A stretch of DNA of 16,777 bases, taken from positions 1 through 16,777 of the forward strand of contig JACPCX010000133.1 in NCBI GenBank assembly GCA_016184305.1, read 5' to 3'. The DNA is from Candidatus Rokuibacteriota bacterium (GTDB lineage Bacteria; Methylomirabilota; Methylomirabilia; Rokubacteriales; CSP1-6). The position numbers were made by a program, and so were the translations under genes. The notes below the pieces were generated by a model. That model worked only from the letters and a program-made list of their open reading frames with translations. It ran no database searches and had not been told where the DNA came from. Below, in pieces: positions 15,341 to 16,777 of this stretch (position 1 is its first letter; each line of letters begins with the position of its first letter).

Positions 15341-15367
15341 TCCGCACACCAGGCTCGAGCCCTGTGT

Positions 15368-15380
15368 TTTCAGTTGCTTG
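15368..15380 (+). promoter_or_regulatory. Possible IHF site between the sigma-54 promoter and its UAS
   Basis: TTTCAGTTGCTTG has one mismatch to WATCAR-N4-TTR and sits in a locally AT-rich patch. Confidence 0.35.
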
Positions 15381-15432
15381 CTGGGGGGTCCGGAAAGCTG
15401 GATCCAGCCGTTCGTCGGAATTGTCGAGGGCC

Positions 15433-15450
15433 GTCGACATCTGTGTCGAC
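15433..15450. promoter_or_regulatory. Inverted repeat, candidate UAS
   Basis: GTCGACA-TCTG-TGTCGAC has perfect 7-bp arms and lies about 95 bp upstream of the sigma-54 site. It shares GTCGACATC with 8658-8666. Confidence 0.5.
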
Positions 15451-15476
15451 CGGTAGGGCGGGCGGCGACGGAGGCG

Positions 15477-16776
15477 TCACCGGGACGCCTTCTGCGCCGG
15501 CCTCGTCTCCTGCTCCAGACGCTGCCGCGCCTGCGCGAGGACAGAGCCCACATGATCCCGGTCTTCGCGCGAGAGGTCCTGGGCCATCAGCGCCTCCCAT
15601 GTCCTGATCGCCTCGCCGGTCTTCCCCGGTGCCTCGTAGAGGACCAGCCCCTTCCCCCAGAGCGCCTGAGCCAATTTCGGCTCCTGCGACAGCGCTCGGT
15701 CGAATTCGGTGAGGGCCCGGTCCGGATGCCCCCCGCGGAGGAGGATGAGGCCGAGATACGCGCGAGCGCCCGGGTGCTCGGGATCGACCTCCAGTGCACG
15801 CTGAAACAGGCGGAGGGCGCGTCCGAGGTCCTCGGCCTCCATGGCCCGCCGACCCTGGTCGAGCAAGGCCGGCAGATCTCGCGACTCCACGGGAAGCGCC
15901 GCGTTCCCCGTTCCGGTGAGGAACCCCCCAGTCATCGAACCTCCGTCCCGCGATCGCAGCGACCGGGGAAGGAAGAATCCGATCGCCGCGCCGAACCCCA
16001 CGAGGAAGAGCGCCGCGGCCACCCAGCGCCAGGCCCGAAAGGCTGGAGCCCGCGGTGCGCGCTCCGCACGGGGAGCCTCCGTGGCCCCTTCGGCCGGGGC
16101 GCCCCGCGGTGGCTCCTTCAGCGAGGCCAGCGCCAGGGCAGCCCGGGTCTCGTAGAGCGTGCGAGGCCAGCGCCAGGGCAGCCCGGGTCTCGTAGAGCGT
16201 GCGTAGCTCCTCGTAGTCATGAGCGGACAGTGCCCCCGCGCGGTGGTCGAACTCGAGCTCCCGCAGCCCCTCGACGAGCCGCGCCCCCTCGGGCGGCAGC
16301 GCCGAGGGCGCCTCGTGGACCAGGGCACGCACGCGGGCGAGAGCCGCAGCATCCACCGGCGCCGGCGGCGCCGCCCCGCGGCGCGCCCACCGTCTCAGGA
16401 CCCACACGGCCCCACCGAGCCCCATGGCCGCGCCGAGCCCGGGGAGCACCCAGAGCAGCAGACCGAATCCGCGCGCCGCCGGCGAGAGCAGGATCCACTC
16501 GCCGTACTTCGAGACGAAGTAGGCCCGGATCTCGTCGGGGCTCGTCCCGGCCGCGAGCTGATCCGCGATCAGGGCCTTCATCTCCCGGGCCATCTCGGAG
16601 GGCGATTCGGCCACCGACAGGTTCTGGCACACGGGGCAGCGCAGTCCGGCGGCGATCTCGCGCACCGTGGCGTCGAGGTCCTCCTTCGCGCCGGCCGCGG
16701 TCGCGAGGAGCAGCGATCCGACGAGCGCGGCCAGCAACCGGCCCGTCCGGGCTCTACTGGATCGAGCGGTAGTCAC
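15477..16776 (-). pseudogene. ccmH: CcmH (LRCxxC) fused to a CcmI/CycH-like TPR region, frameshifted by a 40-bp duplication
   Basis: LRCPVCQNLSVAESPSEMA...YFVSKYGEWILLSP, a TM helix and LRELEFD..AG.LS..DY..LR lie in one frame, and the TPR repeats lie in another. Removing one 40-bp copy gives a continuous 419-aa ORF. The start is at the window edge and is uncertain. Confidence 0.85.
16121..16200. repeat. Exact 40-bp tandem duplication
   Basis: gcgaggccagcgccagggcagcccgggtctcgtagagcgt occurs at 16121-16160 and again at 16161-16200. Confidence 0.97.
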
Positions 16777-16777
16777 C

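Noticed and set aside
14823..15440. Longer 205-aa start for the Met-rich protein
   Set aside because: The extension overlaps the sigma-54 promoter. ATG 15272 has a strong SD and begins a signal peptide.
15078..16200. Repeats as a CRISPR array or mobile-element ends
   Set aside because: There are no unique spacers, cas genes, transposase or integrase. The 15-bp repeats encode GGGMM and the 40-bp repeat is a simple tandem duplication.
15370..16776. 468-aa ORF as a genuine full-length protein
   Set aside because: Everything after the 40-bp duplication is an out-of-frame, Gly/Arg/Ala-rich missense tail. The TPR domain lies in the other frame.

Overview
GC-rich bacterial window with two convergent gene runs: + strand 1-6519 and - strand 16777-6541. 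It looks like an accessory envelope-maintenance and metal (probably copper) response island, although no CopA or multicopper oxidase lies inside the window. It encodes a CcdA-like membrane protein, a lipoprotein, TRASH/YHS-like and DUF2933-like small proteins, two isoprenylcysteine carboxylmethyltransferase (ICMT)-family proteins, an orphan PBP2 (mrdA), a mannose-1-P guanylyltransferase-like protein with a STAS protein, Lnt, a YVTN beta-propeller, a rhodanese, Lgt, a Met/Gly-rich exported protein and CcmH-TPR. Main observations: (1) a TlpA-like thioredoxin that the ORF track splits at an in-frame TGA, which reads as a U-P-N-C (UxxC) selenocysteine active site with a SECIS-like hairpin just downstream; (2) an Lnt whose catalytic Cys is Ser; (3) three sigma-54 -24/-12 promoters with a shared upstream GACA-N3/4-TG(T/G)C motif; (4) decay or rearrangement, including a 40-bp tandem duplication frameshifting ccmH, an internally deleted exosortase-EpsI, an Lnt-fragment/SHOCT chimera and several short gene stubs. 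All family calls come from reading motifs by eye, not from database searches.
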